From contig NC_081366.1 of NCBI RefSeq assembly GCF_030684315.1, forward strand, positions 20,899,410-20,963,409: a stretch of DNA of 64,000 nucleotides, given 5' to 3'. Numbering within the stretch: the first letter of the stretch is position 1; the number at the start of each line of letters is the position of its first letter. The stretch is from Stegostoma tigrinum. Lineage: Eukaryota. The position numbers were made by a program, and so were the translations under genes. This document shows positions 25,798 through 39,624 of the stretch, piece by piece. The notes beneath the pieces are model-generated. The model did no database searches, had not been told where the DNA came from, and worked only from the letters and a program-made list of their open reading frames with translations.

Positions 25798-25932
25798 CAA
25801 AACTGAAAGAACTGCAGATGCTGGAAATCAGAAACAAGAACAGAAATTGCTGGAAAAGCTCAGCAGGCCTGGCAGCATCTGTGGAGAGAAATCAGAGTCA
25901 ACATTTTGTGTTCGATGACCCTTCCTCAGAAC
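25798..25932 (-). mobile_element. Family B Penelope-derived element, degenerate hammerhead
   Basis: Contains gaactgcagatgctggaaatcagaaacaagaacagaaattgctggaaaagctcagcagg. The minus strand reads gttCTGAGGAAGGGTCATCGAACACAAAATGTT. Confidence 0.8.
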
Positions 25933-25959
25933 ATAATAAATCATATTGACAATCAACAC

Positions 25960-26405
25960 TGTGTGTGCTAACCTACATTGGCTGTTTTTCGAACAACACC
26001 TACATTTAAAAATGATCACCCTTCATTCCAAATATTTCCAAGGTCTTATCCCTCTCTGTCCCTCTAAGTTCCTCCAGATTTAGAACTCTCTAGAGATCAC
26101 TGAATTTCTCTAATCTAGCCTCTTTGCACATACCCAATTTTTATCCTTCCATCTCTGGTGACCATGCTTTCCATTACTTAAATCCTGGAAGTTCTGGAAC
26201 TCCCTCCCTAAGCCCATCATTGTACATCTCTCGTCTCCCTTTAAGATGCCCCTTAAAACCTACAGCTTTGCTCAAGTTTTCAGTCACTTGTCAAAAGGCT
26301 ACTTATACTTAAGTGTCATTTCTTTTTTGACAGTGCTTCTGTGAAGCAGCTTGGGACATTTTATTATGTTAAAGGCCCTATATTAATAACAAGCTGGTGT
26401 TATTT
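25960..26405 (+). mobile_element. L2-type LINE 3' end remnant
   Basis: gttctggaactccctccc...ccttaaaacctac...gtgaagcagcttgggacatttt...gttaaaggccctata, an L2-like 3' tail. A related remnant lies at about 250-460. Confidence 0.55.
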
Positions 26406-29400
26406 TGTCTTATTTCATGAAACAATGCATCTTATAAAGTTGTGCATAGGTTTCCAATGTAAATTTAACAATAATATGCAATCACTCGATGCTTAACTCC
26501 TTGTTTCAAAGCACAATGTTATAGGTCAGCTTCAACCCAATGTGCAAAAGCATATCTGTTGAAAGGCCACTACTAGCTTTCTCAGCTCAAAATGTCATCA
26601 ATCCACAGCAAGCGTTTGAAAAAAATTTCCCTCTCCTTGTTTGGAGAAAAAAACCTTGATCAGTCAATACAACTGCAATATTCAAAAGGAAACCAGAATA
26701 ACAAATCCAGGCCTGTTGAGTTTCTCCAGCAATGTCTGTTTTTGTATCAAATCTATGCAACCTGTCTGATTTTAATTTCCATCAAACTCACTGGCTGAAA
26801 AGTTAGGATGGTCTATGTGATTATACGATTTAGGAGCAGGAGTAACCTATACAGGTTCTATGTGAATCAAGCAATCTATTCACAAGTTAATGCCAAATTA
26901 GTGGACGTTACAAAATATCTCTTTCACAAGGTAGGTTTAGATAGCAAGAGTCCTTCAGCCCTTTTAATATCATCCTTCCAGAAATACAAAGCTTCTCCCC
27001 TTTCATTGTAGCATGAGCTGTCTCATAAATTGTTCATGCCTCGAACTCAACAATCCCAGCTTTTAATCAATGTCTATGAAAAAGAATACTTTTTAACCTT
27101 GATCTTAAACTTGCCCTTCCAAACATTATGCCTGTGCCCTGCTGCTGGAATATCTGGGATTATTGTTTTGGGTCTACTTTATCTGTTCGATTAAGTATCT
27201 AATATACTTCTGTAAAGTCCACTCTTAGACATGTCTTTTCAAGGCTTGTGCACTGCATTCAGAAAGGCAGATTTCAATCTTAATACTGCAGGGCTTAAAA
27301 GCAAAGTGATTTCATTGTACAACAGGAGTGATTTCATCCTAAGACTCCCAGCGATCCACTCTGCCATACTGTTGCTGGTAAATGCCAATATCATAGTTTT
27401 TACACTGGTATAAATAAATTGAAGTCATTCTCTGCACTACAAAAATGCAATTAAGGAATCAAAATAAAGCAACAAAGTGGGAATTCAGTGCTAAAAGTAA
27501 TTTAAGAATAGACTATGGATTGTGTGCAGAAAGCATTCACTGTTTTGGCATCTGCACATTGTATAGAGCAATCCCTTAAATTCAAGGCTATGATTAACAA
27601 ATGCAAACTGAAGTAAATTACAAACCACTTTCATCCAAAGCAGCTATTAATAGTTCCTTCCACAGTAATGAACAATATCCAACCACTTTCATTGCAAATG
27701 CTGTTTAATGTTAAAATCCACACAATCATTAAACACTTATTAACTTAATTTTAAATTGTGAAATTATTAATCATTCTTCCATCTCTGCTATAATGAGAAA
27801 AATAAAACATATCTTTATAAACAAGCAAGTGAATTACTGTAATTATAAAAGTGTCTTTGTAGATAACATTTGGCCCATGAGATCTTCTGAATTGGCTTTG
27901 ATTGTCCAAGTGGTGGGGAATTGAGGGATTTTTCAAAGCAATGTTTTCTTTGTTGGTTCAGGGATTTTTCTTTGTAGCTTTGTGGGGTATTATAGTGGAG
28001 GGATGTGGGTGGTTTGTAGGGGTGGCCGTTATTGATGGGAGTACAGCTCATAGGAGATATGGGATATTGTTTAGTCATAATGCTTTTGCTGTCAAGCTGG
28101 GAAGCAGTTAGCTTATAACACAATCATATCAACTGTTCACACTTAATAGCTACTTTTGAAGAATTGCAATGATATACCATCTTTAAATTATCATAGATGG
28201 ATGTCCACCCTTCATCGTGTGTGGAATATTCTGGAGAGCAAGATTTTTTGTCCTGCTTTCAGCAAGAGGCAATTTCAAAACCTGATGCCATAACTTTAAT
28301 AAGAAAATGGGACAGTTGACTGCCTGGTGGCCATTTTGATGTATGAACTGCCATGTACCTGAGCTTCAAATCTATCAAAGAAAAGGGACTGAATGCGAAT
28401 GGAAGAAGTAACACTTCACCAACTCAACCAACAATTGGTTCATTGAACTCCTGGAGGCTTGGATCTTGAAATAATTTTCCTTCCAACAATTCAGTGAAGG
28501 AACAATTTATGGCACCCATTTCAAAATCAAGAATAAGTCTCATCAAAAGCTATTGATAAAACAAAGTGTGTTTTCTTTAGTTTGTCCTCAGTAATCTGAA
28601 GTTTCAATTCAGTGAAAAGATTGGCGTGGTATTGAGGTTCTACCACCAGATGTCACTACCATACTGTGTGGGTCCTATGTAAACTATTTGTAAAGCACCA
28701 CTGAAGATATCTGAGGTAGAAAATTATAACTCCATCTTTTTTCAACATTTCTAATTGACATCGTGTCAAATCAAATTATAGCAATAAGACCACTTGGATA
28801 CCAAGAGTATTTTGTACTGATAAACCATGGTAAAATTCTAAAAAAAATTGAAGATTTATTCGTTTGACCTTGTCTGCATTGCTAGTGCTGCACGTCAGCA
28901 ATGTAGTTACTGCTGTCAAATGGATAGCTGAAATACAATTACACTAAAATAGTTCTAACATGCTGAGCCTCCAAATCCATGACAGTAATTTTGTCTTCTG
29001 TATGCTATGACATCCAGTGTATAATGTATGTCTATGAAATCAACCAATAGGTAGCTTGTGCTTGGGAATTGAGTGGTTGCCATTAATCCTCCTTTCTAGA
29101 AATTTTCTAATCAATCTCTTCAAAGATGTTTATAGCATAGCTCTGGAGCAGATGGGACTGTTACCCAGCTCGACCTGATTCAGAGGTACACGCATTGCCA
29201 CTGTGCCATGAGAACCTTGACAATCCTTTTTATACTATTCCTAAGGCCCAGCTCATTTAGCAGCTAGACTCAACACTTGTGAGGTATGTGTCTTCGCAAC
29301 GAAATAGCATTTATTGCATGATAGCAACAGGTACAAATTATGTCAGCTCATTGGGCGTAATTACAAAGACTTTCAGGACCTAGAATTGAATTCCTCATTC

Positions 29401-29829
29401 TTTACCCAGGAATCCATGACATCATGAGATAAAGTGAAGTTTATTATAATCACCAATATTAACCCTTCTGGAACCATTGCCTTATACAACTTAGAAGCTG
29501 CTTATGTTCATACAATTTCTATGTGATTTCATTAATTAAGAATTTACCTGTATGATCAATTTTTGGAGAAATACTGAATAACAAAGGGTACATACTACTC
29601 CAGAGATTATATGAATTGACAGCTGAAAACAGTGTGTACTATACACTACAATAAAGTTTGTTACACAAGATAAGGTTGTTGGTAAGCGAGACAGAGGACT
29701 TTTTTATGTCAGGAGATGAATGTCACACAAGGGGAAGAACAGAGTGAGAATGAATTTCAGTATTTTTGAACACTGATTTGAAGTCTCACTTGATTGAAAT
29801 GGAAGGTTATAAAATTTGATGGACGTTGG

Positions 29830-30200
29830 AATAATAATGTAAAATTTAATGCACCTGGTGCCACAAACTTCAACAAAACCTCCACGACCCTGAGAGAATT
29901 AAGTTTCCATTTAACAAAGGGAACATTGCTGCCACAGCTTCCGTCTGAATGAGGACCACTGATTCCTGGACTTGACTCAGTTGGGTGGAGATCGCAGCCC
30001 CTTGATCTCCAAGCAGCACCAGCGAGGAGGCTGCTATCAGTAATGCATTTGGACGTTCACCAAATATCATCAATGGACCTTTGGACATGGTGGAATGAAG
30101 GTCATGAAGGAGGGGCTGCTGGCAAGGTGGTTGGTAGCTGGGCAGATGGCTGGTTCTCCCTTGTGATGATTGGTCCTTTTATTAAGCATTGTCCTCTCTT
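29830..30200 (-). mobile_element. Possible PIF/Harbinger transposase remnant
   Basis: Minus-strand HD...SKGP..IF...PNAL...LLGDQG loosely resembles the Harbinger HD....S.VP..F....WLLGDKGY segment. Confidence 0.3.
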
Positions 30201-31225
30201 ATTTGAATGTCAGTGATGGGTGCATAAATTGTCCATTCATGGGCCTCAGTTGTCATGGGACCAGGCAGACCAACCACAGAGGAGAAAAGGGATGCTAACT
30301 ATGCCAGGTGAAAAATCCCTTAATTTCTGAATCCACCTCCGTTGGGACATTAGTACCACCCATAATGCTAAATGGCCAATTGTGCCCTATGCCAGCATTT
30401 TGCAAGAATTGTTTGGTTTCATTTTCTCACAAATGGGCAAATTAGTCCTTGAATATGCTAAACTGCTTTATGAAATTTCCTGACAAATCTTGCACTGCCT
30501 CCATCAGGTGTTGCATTGCAGATCTTAGCAGCCTTTCTGTGAAAAATGTTCTCCTCATTTCTCTTCTCATTCATTTGCCCAACACTTAAATTCATGACCT
30601 CTGCCACTTGCCAAAGGAAACAATTTCTCCCTCCTTTCTCTGTCAAAACTCCTCAATTTTGAATTTGGGCTATTAGGTCTCTATTGAATCTTTCCAAAAG
30701 AGCAGGCACATAATGCCAAATGTTGAGGTCCTGGAGTTCGAAGAAAATATTTTGGCCATATCATTGCCAAATCAATTATTGGGTTGTTTTCCGGTGTATT
30801 AATAGTTTGAGAATGCATAATGTGCAATAAGTGGATGCACAAATTTCACCCTAAGTTATGTTGCTTCTCCATGTTATTTCTCATAATTAACCAGAAAGAA
30901 TGTTCTAACACCCAAAATTTTACCAGCTGGTCAAGTAAAAATTGATTACTCTGCTTTAATGTTCTTCTAAGGTCATTCCAACTTTACCTGTGAGGTGTAT
31001 CATGTCAAACAATCAGTGAAATTTATGATGAAATCCAACTCCAGTGTCCTGTGAGAGTGCAACATTCAGGGTACAGACAGTTCTAACAATTGCTGTGTGG
31101 TAACATTCAATCTTGCGCAGCAATCAGGACACAGCTCATTGAAAAGTTTCCAGTCGGAAAGCAAAAATAAACAATAGTTTCAGTCCAACAGTTAGTCAGA
31201 ACAGGAGACAGACAAGTTATTTTCC

Positions 31226-31545
31226 TTTATTCTTTCACTGGAGTAAAGTGTTGCTGGCAAGGTGAGAATTTGTTGCCAGAATTGCGAGAGCAGTTAAGAG
31301 TCCGTCGCTATGGACCTGGAGTCGCATCTAGGCCAGATCTAGTAAGAATGGCAGATTTCCTCCCCTGAAGTAATTTGATGAAGCAGATTTTTGTTTTAAA
31401 ACAATAAACAATGGTTGCTTCAATTCCACATTTTATTGAATTTAAATTTCACCATCTCCCATGGTGGAATTCAGACCCGGGACCCCAGAACATTCGCCTG
31501 GGGCTCAGGATTAGTAATTCAGTGACATTACCATGATGTTACCTT
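31226..31545 (-). mobile_element. tRNA-derived SINE (family 2)
   Basis: Reverse complement of the 57656-58010 element. Confidence 0.75.
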
Positions 31546-33429
31546 TGTCAAGAAATGTACATACCATGTTGAGAAGGGCTGCTTTTAGCTGTACCGTTGT
31601 AAAAACAACTGAATTATACTGAATCTGATAAGTTTTGAACTCAGAAGTCAAGATTGATTGGATATTTCTGTGTTGTTAGAATTCAGGGAGAAGTTTTGGG
31701 AATTAACAATGCTAAGCACTGGAGCCGGGACTCAGGAGAGGTCCTGCGAGCTGTGGGGATGCAGAAGAAGCCATATACAAGAACAATTCAGTGCAGTTGA
31801 GAGTCAGAGTTGAAATGCCAACAAATAGTATATTCTTAAGGCAGCTGAACAAGATTAGAGCTTAAAAAAACATAAGGGTCAGCCCCAGCTTAGCAAAGCT
31901 AGCTGTCTACAAACAAGCTGAAATTGTACTTGTGTGTAAGTACTGGAATGCAGTTTCACAGTCCAGAGGAGTGTAGCTTCAGGAAAGGAGGGTGATTGAC
32001 TAGAACAGGATCAGTTAGACATGCAGCGCATGTTGCATCAACTCTTAAGAGGAAATTTCAAAGCCAGATCAAAATCATAATCTTTTGTGAAGTTTAATAA
32101 GAATTGATAGCCCATAGTGTTATTAACATTTGTGGGGTATTACCAGTGATCAATATCAGTGTAGAGTATCAGTGGGATTTGTGTTGATCACATTTCCAAT
32201 CTGATATGTGCTCCAACGTGATTGATCATAGTTTATTGCCAATATTTGTCAATGTTACTTCTGAGTGTTAGAAGTAAGTTGAAGTTTTATTGTAGATCGT
32301 ATTACTGTTTTGAAGACGTTTTCTAAGTTTAGTGTTATTTGCTCAAAACTGTGGAACCTTGTGGTTCTACTCTTTTGATAACTCCCCCTTGATTTCACAC
32401 TATTTTCACAGATAACAAGAATACTTTCTGTTCCCTAGCTAAGTTGTGACATATATTTGGCAGTCTGGCCTGGGATTGTATCAAATTACCTCTCATTACA
32501 TATTCCTAAGTATCCATTATTCCAACTGATTTTAATTAGGACATTGGCACAAGGGGAAGAATGAGCAAAAAATAAAAGATTGCCTAGCATTTGAAGAAGA
32601 GCAAGATTTTATTTAAACATGGCTGTGTATGTCATTTTAGTCTTAATTAGAAGACACTGGGCAAAATCTTCCCAAGCCCTGAATGATGTGGACCATGAAC
32701 AGAAATGTGAGAGAATTGTGTGAGAAGCTAGTAAGACCTTTCTCAATGTCAGGAGGAACAAGTCACATTTCCAACAGAGTTCCAGACGTTGAGACAGGAT
32801 TCTTTCTGGTGAGCAGCAAGAGGCCTATTAATGAGGACGGTATCTTATTACCATACAATCTCACCTTATTATTATACTGTTTCCTAGTCTATCTCCTGTT
32901 GGGAAATGGAATTCCTGACATGAAAGTCTGAGTGGGTACCCAGAAACTCCAGCTCGCTGTTTGCTCCTCCAAACTTCTATCTTGGACAGCCAGCATCAAC
33001 ATCTCAGTGTACATTTCCCAGGTAGCAGCCACAAATGCCCTACATCTATGAATGCTGGTTTGTCCAGGCTATCACAGCACATCTCCAAACCCTTTATATT
33101 ACACCACTGCATTTTCATGCTGTATTTTGGAGTGTATTGGCACCTCTCCTTGTGATGCTGCCTCATGGACACCACCTCAGCTACAAGCACCCTAATTGTG
33201 GACTAGACAAAGTTGCATCTTAGAACTCTTCATTTGTGTACTTAGAGTCTACCTAGATGCTCACTGCATCACTGTTTTATGCTTTGCCAATCAATGAAAG
33301 CTTACAAGCATTTCTCCAGACTGCAGAGACTACACTGACATCAGAACAATAAGATTTAAGGGGAACTTTTAGGACTTCAGGAAACCATGAAGGATAATAA
33401 ATAATGGAAACTATAGAAAGTCTCTTGGA

Positions 33430-33905
33430 TTATGTGGTGAGTAACTAACCTCCTGACTCCTTAAAGCTTGGCCACCATCTACAAGGCACCAGTCAGGAGT
33501 GTGATGGAAATCTGTTTGCTTGACTGGATGAGTCCAGCTGCAGCAACATTTGAGAAACTCACCATCATCCAGGATAAAAGCCTGTCGTTCAATTCACACT
33601 TCACCTAACACCTTCAACATTTAGTCCCTCCATCACCAGAAGATAGTGGTGTCAGTGTGCACTGTATACAAGATGCACTGAAACATCTCATCATCTTGAT
33701 TTGGAGCTATATTCCTACTCCCTTACTGTCACTGGATCAAAAATTCCTGGAACTCTCTTGTTAACAGCAATGTGAATGTTTATACACCTCAAAGATTGCA
33801 GTGCTTCAAGAAGACAGCTCGTCAGCATCATCTTCAGGGCATTAACAGGTGGACAATGCATGCTGGCCCAGCAAGTGACATCTACAGCCTGTGAATGAAG
33901 TTTTA
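33430..33905 (+). mobile_element. LINE 3' end (RT C-terminus plus 3' UTR; second CR1/L2-clade family)
   Basis: TIYKAPVRSVME-like translation followed by a tail cagggcattaa...atgctggccc that is shared with SINE family 2. Confidence 0.7.
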
Positions 33906-34794
33906 CAAAATGCAACATGTTTAATCAACCATTTTTTGATACTCTCTTTCTCTTTGTTTTATTTTGTTTCATTTATGTTTCTATAAAAGGAAATTGTTTC
34001 AATAATATTCTTTGTCATCTGAAAAAAAAGGATTCTGATTGAAGTTTCATTTGATTTCTCACACATCAGAAAGTACACTTCATCCATCCATACTGTGAAG
34101 AAATGAATTGGGAGAGTCAGTTCTAACATGGCTTCAACTTGTGCTCAGAGGTTAGATATTTCAAAAGACTTCGATGTTCAAAAACATACAGCAAACTTAA
34201 GTCAAAGAAGTTTTTATTCCAGCTGGTACAAGGCAAAAAACAACTTAAATCACAGATAGAATTCTGAGTTGCATTTTTGGATCCAGGCATTGGGAATCAA
34301 TATTGCATGGGAATCAATATTAGAAGCTTCCCAGTCAAAGATTTCATCGTTATCAGTGGCATCATCAATTTCTGATTGGTCTCATTCTGATTCTGATCTC
34401 CAGACAGTGTGAAGAGCTGGTTGATTGTAATTCAGTGCTTCAGGCACAGAAATCAGTAATGGAATTTCTGTGTTTAAACATAAGAACTAAGACTGTATTC
34501 ATGAGAGCTAGAAAACAAGTCATTTTTAGTGGTCGGTGCTGAAAGTCTGTGGCAAAATGGGCTAGGTATCTCATTCCAGGCATGGGATGATAAGACAGAG
34601 GCTCAAATGCCTGCCATTTCCTCCTAGCAGCATGTGTAGTCCATTTAGAAGATATGGCCAAACCACTGTGCAATCAGCCATCTTCATGCTTTGAAAGGGA
34701 GTCATGCTGGAGCTAACTACTGTTGAGCAAATGAAAAGTTTGAAGAGATGGAAGAAAGCTATGAGCAAGGAGCTAGGGCAGCAGCAGATCACAC

Positions 34795-35620
34795 ATTTTT
34801 AAATCTTTCATTGGATTTTGGCATCACTGGAAATGCTATCATTTATTGCTTCTCTCTAATTGCCTTTGAGAAGGTGGTGTTGAGCCATCTTCTTAAACTG
34901 CTATAATCAATCTGAATCGGCAATCCCCATAGTGGGAATGCACGGTGGTTCAGTGGTTAGCACTGGTGCTAGGGACCCGAGTTTGATTCCAGTGTTGAGT
35001 GACTGTCTATGTAGAGTTTACACATTCTCCCTGTGTCTGTCTGGTTTTCCTCTGGGCGCTCCTGTTTCCTCCCACAGTCCAATGATGTGCAGATTAGGTG
35101 GATTAGCTGTGCTAAATTGCCCATGGTGTCCAGGGATGTGTAGGCTAGGTGGATAAACCATGGGAAATGTAGGGATTGTTCAGGGCAAATGAGAGTAGTT
35201 GGAGTGCTTTCCAGAGGGTCAGTGTGGACTTGATGGACTGAATGTTTTCACACCGTAGTAATTCTATGATTCTATAGCACTCCTATGCACTTGTTGCTAC
35301 CCTTGTTCTTCTCAATTATGAGGTTGGATGGTCCTGTCAAATGAATCTTGACATGTTGCTGAAATGCATGTTTAGATCACACATACTGTGGCCATAGTCC
35401 ACCACTGGTGGAGAAATTTTAAATGTAGGATGAGGTGCTGATGAAGTGGGCCGCTTTATCCTGAATGGTGTTGAGCGTCTCAAGTGTTGTTGCACTTATC
35501 CAGGTCAGAGGAGATTACTCAATGTCACACTCCTAGCATGTTCCTTAGAAACGGTGGCCTCACACTGGGGAGTCAGGAGCTGAGTGAACTTATCATGGAA
35601 TTCCAACCTCTGAGAACCTC
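34795..35620 (-). mobile_element. LINE 3' fragment (same family as 33430-33905) interrupted by a V-SINE
   Basis: Reverse-complement similarity to 33430-33905 on both sides of the SINE. Confidence 0.6.
34934..35276 (+). mobile_element. HE1/V-SINE-type SINE
   Basis: gcacggtggttcagtggttagcact head, V-domain and an (attctatg)n tail. Confidence 0.9.
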
Positions 35621-37566
35621 TTGTATTTTACATTACATGAGATATGTGGAGCCCAGAGGAGATTACTCCTTTCACTTGTGGTCTGACAGAAACATTTACT
35701 TACTGTTTCTTCAGACTTCTTGCACATCAAAGTACAATGAAACAGACTTGGTTTTTTTCTGAATTCAATTAGATGTCTTTCTACATCAAAAAAAGCCCAA
35801 TGTTCATATTTTCATGAGGCCCAGTGCCTGATTCAGTAGAATGGCAGCCGAGTACAAATGGGGCAGTAAGCTTTGTGCAGCAGTTTAAATTTGTATGATA
35901 CCACTTCTGCCTGGTGGCCTGGCATTTGCTGTCTTGCTAAATTTTTCATTCTTCAGTCAGGCATACGATAGACAAAGTTCTTTGGGCAAGACTTTTTTCT
36001 GTACTGGGAACTTATTTAAAGTAGATGCTGCACTTTATATTGCAGACTTCCAGCAGCCTAATTGTCATGCTACAGATAAAGGTTTTGTTCACAACGTGGG
36101 CATGCACTCATTCAGTTTTCATACTGCAAAATGTTTAAATATCCCAGGGGAAATATGTTTGATAGATTTCAGTCAAATTAGATGTGGGCATGAGCCTACT
36201 GCAGAACAGTGCCCGTAAGTAGACACAAATTGGCACCAATTTGACTGCCATATGTGGAAAGGTCAAATGAATGGCTTTTAGAGAAAGTGCAACAGACGGT
36301 GTCCTTCTGGGGTTCAGGTTAATGTCCACTGCTGGAACAGAATAAAGGGCAGGTTTTAATTTACATCTAAGCTATCCTGTTTGCTTTATAGAGATACTTG
36401 GTGTGGGGTGTTATTTCTTTTTAAATATTTGATGTTCCACATCTTTCAGACCATAGATTAGAGGGACATTTATAACTGACAGGTGTCAGAATGATAACAG
36501 GCATTTACCTGCTTTCAGGCTGGTACATGGGGAAAAAAAATTGTGACTTCTGAATTGCTGCAATAGACAAAATTGAATGATTTTGTATGGAATTAAAATA
36601 ATGAGTAGGTACATGATTTCACCATTGTATTTTTAGGCCACGTGTACAACATCAACAGCTGATTTAATGAGTAAAATGTCTTCAAATCCCCATCTCATGA
36701 TAAACTTCCTCCTCTGAAAACATTATTTTCAATTGCTGTGGAACACAGATTTTGCACGGTAAAATTCAAAAATCTCAAGCTGCCTTGCTGTTTTGACTAT
36801 ATTAATAGAGGTATTGGCCAAAGGACATGTGCTTTATAAACACAAATCAACTAAATTCCTAAAAGGATTAGAATCCCAATTTCTATGGGGCTGGAGCATA
36901 CCTTTTCTAAATTAATGCCAAGTCAGTGTGCTTATTTTGCAGTTTACTTTTCTCGTGTTAAACGTAATGAGAGTATTAAAAACTCCGAAATAAGCAAGCA
37001 GCCCCGCGCTTTCATTATTTAGATTTATTCAAGTAGTGCATGTAGCCTGGACAGAATAAATATTAATATTGCACCTACTGTTTGATCTTTAAATGACTAA
37101 AATCCATGGCTCTACCTTGTAGATTGTGCGCCTCGTCCTCCATTCCACGCGGCTGAGAATCGGGATTTTCATGTGACTCATTGGGCACAGATTGAGCAAT
37201 TTCCATTAGAATGTATGAGATTACACCTACATCGGAATCCCTCACTGGGAAATGATTTCTTGCTATTATTTGGGGATGATACTTCGAATGATCACCAGGG
37301 GAATTAAAGAACGGCACACTTGAGTTCTCAATTGATTTTGTTTCTGCTTTTTAGGGGATTTGAATTGTTGGGTACTTCTGTTCTGCTGGAAGAACAGCAA
37401 GTGAAGCCTCTAGTGAAACAAGAGGCCAAACCCATAAAAAGGGGATTACATTGTGTTTGAAGATCAAAATACTATAGAATTAATGTTAAATTTATGTTCA
37501 AGAAAATGCCTTTTTTTAAAAAATGAATATTGGTTAAAAGAAAGTGTAATTGCATGACATGCAATG

Positions 37567-38337
37567 TACACACTGTGACACACCTGATCTGCAGAATGAA
37601 GAAGAAGAACGCCTCCACAACGTCTTTACCAGGAATGGATACCCTCACAGCTTCATCCACATATGGCTAGCCAACAGGCAACACAATCAGGACACACCAA
37701 AATGCAAAACAATAACCATCATACCATATATAAAAAAGCACCTCAGAACTGACAGCCAGACTGCTCAGACCGCTAGGAATCATAACAGCAAACAAACCAG
37801 CAGCCACTCTAAGACAGCAATTGACCAGAGCTGAAGACCCAATAGGTACCATGGACAGGACGAATGTGGTTTACAAGATACCATGCGGAGACTGCACAAA
37901 ATACTATGTGGGACAAACAGACAGAAAACTAACAGCCCATATCCATAAACACTAGCTAGCAACTAAATGACACGACCAGGTGTCCTTGGTTTTGATACAC
38001 ACAGATGAAAAAAACCACACTTCCAACTGGAGCAACACTACTCTTGTTGGACGAGCCAAACAGAGGACATCCAGGGAATTCTTGGAGGCTTGGCCTTCAC
38101 CCACAGACTCCATCAATAAACACATTGAACTAGACCCGATATACTGACCATTACAATGCACAACTGGAACCAGTACCCACCAGAAGCAGCAAAAACCAGA
38201 GCATAAATTCAAACCGGCACTTCACAGGAGGCCCCACAGCACTAAAGATGTCACCTAGTAAGGGGACAAAATCAAACCTCCCAGCTTGGCGAACACACCA
38301 ACATCTACAGCCAGCCCCTCAGCTACAAATCTTCACT
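37567..38337 (+). mobile_element. 5'-truncated Penelope-like retroelement (RT thumb/linker plus GIY-YIG endonuclease pseudogene plus pLTR)
   Basis: Translates as EEEERLHNVFTRNGYP...IPYIK, then a frameshift in the A-run near 37735, then NVVYKIPCGDCTKYYVGQTDRKL..HKH*...NWSNTTLVGR..REFLEAW....SINKH. The GIY-YIG signature is at 37863-37920 and there are three in-frame stops. A decayed hammerhead follows at 38242-38273. Confidence 0.92.
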
Positions 38338-38472
38338 CAGACCCTTCTTCAGGACTGAATACCCGGAATGTTGACTGCTCCTTTCCTCCAGATGCTGCCT
38401 GGCTGGCTGTGATCTTCCAGCCTCCCATTTGTCTACCTCGGATTCCAGCATCTGCAGGATTTTTTGTCTCTA
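38338..38472 (+). mobile_element. Penelope-derived short element (family C variant)
   Basis: gacccttcttcag...cccggaatgttgactgctcc...gatgctgcctgg...ggattccagcatctgcag shares architecture and terminal motif with families A and B. Confidence 0.65.
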
Positions 38473-38755
38473 AATGAGATGTGAAAACTATCAATAGTGC
38501 ACTACTGACTGAATTTTGACAATTGATGTAGTTTACACTACTACTGCCAAAAAAAAGCAAATTAAGGTATTCATGAGCCATCTGTTGCAATTTGAGGCAA
38601 ATCACAATATTTCCAACTGGAGTTTGTAGCAAAAAGCCAGTTTTCATAAGTCAAATGAGTGACAGAAGAATCGAAACTTGCATGATTGTGCACAGTATAT
38701 CCCAAGCCTTGGTTAAATACATCAGAATATCAGTGACTGGGTAGAATTCTCAAAG

Positions 38756-38918
38756 CTAAAACAAAAAAAAAATTGCTGGGAAAACTCAGCAGCAATTCCC
38801 AGTTACTGGACCCAAAATGTTAACTCTGTTTTCTCTCCATAGATACTGCCGGACCTGCTGAATTTTCCCAGCAATTTCTTTTCTTGTTTCTGATTTTCAG
38901 CATTCACAGTTCTTTGCT
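38756..38918 (+). mobile_element. Family B fold-back element
   Basis: Inverted aaattgctgggaaaactcagcag / ctgctgaattttccccagcaattt with a ribozyme 3' half remnant ctggacccaaaatgttaact. Confidence 0.75.
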
Positions 38919-39624
38919 TTTTTTATACTCACAGTGCTCCTTGAAAGGTTGGCCATGTTCGCACAGTTATTTCATTTTATTCAGGTTCAAATTAATTGCT
39001 GAGTTCATTTACAAAGAATTTGCACAAATTCTGAGGGAACATGGTACAGATATGACGCAATGCAAGTTTGGTAGTGGAGGAGGTTCAGAATTTGTACTAC
39101 CAGGAAGGTAATTATATAGAAGCTGAAAATACAGAAACGTACTGATAATACATTTTTTGACAATTATGAACAATGCACCACTCCAGCAAGTGCTTGGATG
39201 TATGTATTAGAAGTACTACTTCTGAATATATTTTTGCACAGTCTGATAATATCTAAGACTTTCAGAAGATACAATTTTATTGTGATTGTTTGCAGTGAGA
39301 AATTGAAGAGCTGATATGCCAAACTAACTCACAAATGTTCAAAACTGAAAAACATTAAGTTCTGCATTTTTTCGTTGAGTTCTGTTTTATTATCAGCTGA
39401 TTTCCAGTGATACATTGATTGTCACCCATTTACCAAAGGAGGAATCAAGGGTTAGTCTGCCTTCCATAACTGTTCAATTGCATTTTAAAGTTCAATACTA
39501 ATTCCAATCAACTTTCTTGCCTTCCTCGATATCCTTCCAGCATTGGCAGTTCTTACTATCTCTTTCCTTCCTGACCATTTCTCCTTACTGGGTAAAACAC
39601 AGTTTTTTTTAAAAAAATATATTT

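Noticed and set aside
31560-32485. Possible long solo LTR (similar blocks at about 500-1250 and 5900-6190)
   Set aside because: The composition is LTR-like, but I could not establish termini or a target-site duplication.
34292-34322. Short tandem duplication tgggaatcaatatt
   Set aside because: A simple two-copy local duplication with no further structure.
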